A stretch of DNA of 64,000 bases from NCBI GenBank assembly GCA_013265495.1, contig MU058221.1, forward strand, positions 1,302,001-1,366,000, written 5' to 3'. Under the pieces are notes generated by a model. That model saw nothing but the letters and a program-made list of their open reading frames with translations, was not told the DNA's origin and made no database searches. The translations under genes were made by a program, and so were the position numbers. Source of the DNA: Vicugna vicugna (Eukaryota). Shown in pieces: positions 62,856-64,000 of this stretch (positions are counted from its first letter, which is position 1; each line of letters starts with the position of its first letter).

Positions 62856-63527
62856 ACTAAAAAATAGACTTTCCATATGATCCAGCAGTCCCACTCCTGG
62901 GCATATATCTGGAGAAAAATATAATTTGAAAAGACAAGTGAACCCCAGTGCCACAGTAGCACTATTTTATTCCTGTAGCTAAGACGTGGAAACATTCCAA
63001 ATGTCCATCAACAGGTGAATGCATAAAGATATACTATATATAAACACACTGGAATGTTGCTCAGCCATGAAAATGAATGAAACAATGCCATTTGCAGCAA
63101 CATGGATGGACTTAAGGATTATCACAGTAATTGAAGTAAGTCAGACAGAGAAAGACAAATATCATATGATGTTGCTCATATGAGGAGTCTAAAAAAATAA
63201 AAGAAACAGAATATACAAATTTTATTTACAAACCAGAAATAAACTCAAGGGCATAGAAAACAAACTGTGGTTACCAGGAGGGAAATGAAAGGGGAGGGAT
63301 AGATTAAGGGTTTGGGGTTAATAGACACACCTTAGTGTGTATGAAACAGGTCAACAAGGACCTCCTGCAGAGCACAGGGATCTAGATTCCATTTCTTGTA
63401 ATTAGCTATAACGGGAAAGAATCTGAAAAAATATACATATATGTGTATATGGATCTATATGTATAACAGAATTGCTTTGCTGTACACCTGAAACTAACAT
63501 TGAAAATTAACTACACTTCAAAAAAAA
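62856..63527 (+). mobile_element. 5'-truncated L1 3' end (ORF2 tail + 3'UTR + polyA)
   Basis: ccatatgatccagcagtcccactcctgggcatatatc, gccatttgcagcaacatggatggac, tgtacacctgaaactaac...A-tail. Confidence 0.9.
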
Positions 63528-64000
63528 GTATTAAAATATATTGTGCTTTCTGTTTGAAAGAAAATATGTTTCACTGGGGAAAAAAATCCCTTTGTCAAAT
63601 GACATTATTTTACACTCCACGACTTCATGGCACGTAATCTCCAAGAGCAATTACTGATGAAGTCACAATAAATATTTTGCTTTACCGTCAGATTAAACTT
63701 CTCGTATGCAAAGTGGAAAAGAGCTCCGGACATAAAAGTGATAAATATAAGAGATCAATGCATTTGGTGGATGTTTTTCCTACTCTTTATCTGTGGGACT
63801 CCAGTACACTGGGAAAAATTTTCATTTAATTTTAGATGATGTTGTGAGCTCTTATGTTGATTTTAATAGATGGGTGAAGTTAGTGCTGCTGGAGAATCAA
63901 CAATGTATAAAGCAAAAGGCATGTTGCCGTGCAAATAAAAATGCTACCAAATGCCCACGAAGCAGCATTCGTTCAAAACAGAGGACAGCTAATTACCACT

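Overview
Mammalian nuclear DNA, most likely camelid (camel/llama/alpaca), judged from three tRNA-Ala(AGC)-headed SINEs of the vic-1 type and artiodactyl-type L1 5'/3' ends. I cannot support any protein-coding gene, rRNA, true tRNA or CRISPR array: the ORF track is short and mostly overlaps decayed repeats. The window reads as intergenic or deep-intronic sequence. It is made of L1 fragments of several ages, L2, MIR, MLT1 (MaLR) and ERV solo LTRs, MER5/MER2 DNA transposons, several CpG-rich patches and AT-rich unique blocks that look like enhancers. The best-supported unusual structure is a three-level nested L1 at 4091-7211. Its inner element carries an apparent ~160-bp 3' transduction with its own AATAAA and TSD, and its outer element is sense-5'UTR / inverted endonuclease / sense-3' end inside one TSD pair. 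Other notable items: old repeats locally rewritten toward G/C (candidate GC-biased gene conversion scars), a SINE-in-SINE dimer, a 164-bp-period tandem duplication keeping splice signals in both copies, and an L1 inverted-repeat junction near 62.5-63 kb. Repeat family names come from recalled consensus sequences, not a database search, and boundaries are approximate unless a TSD is given. I found no convincing novel biological system.
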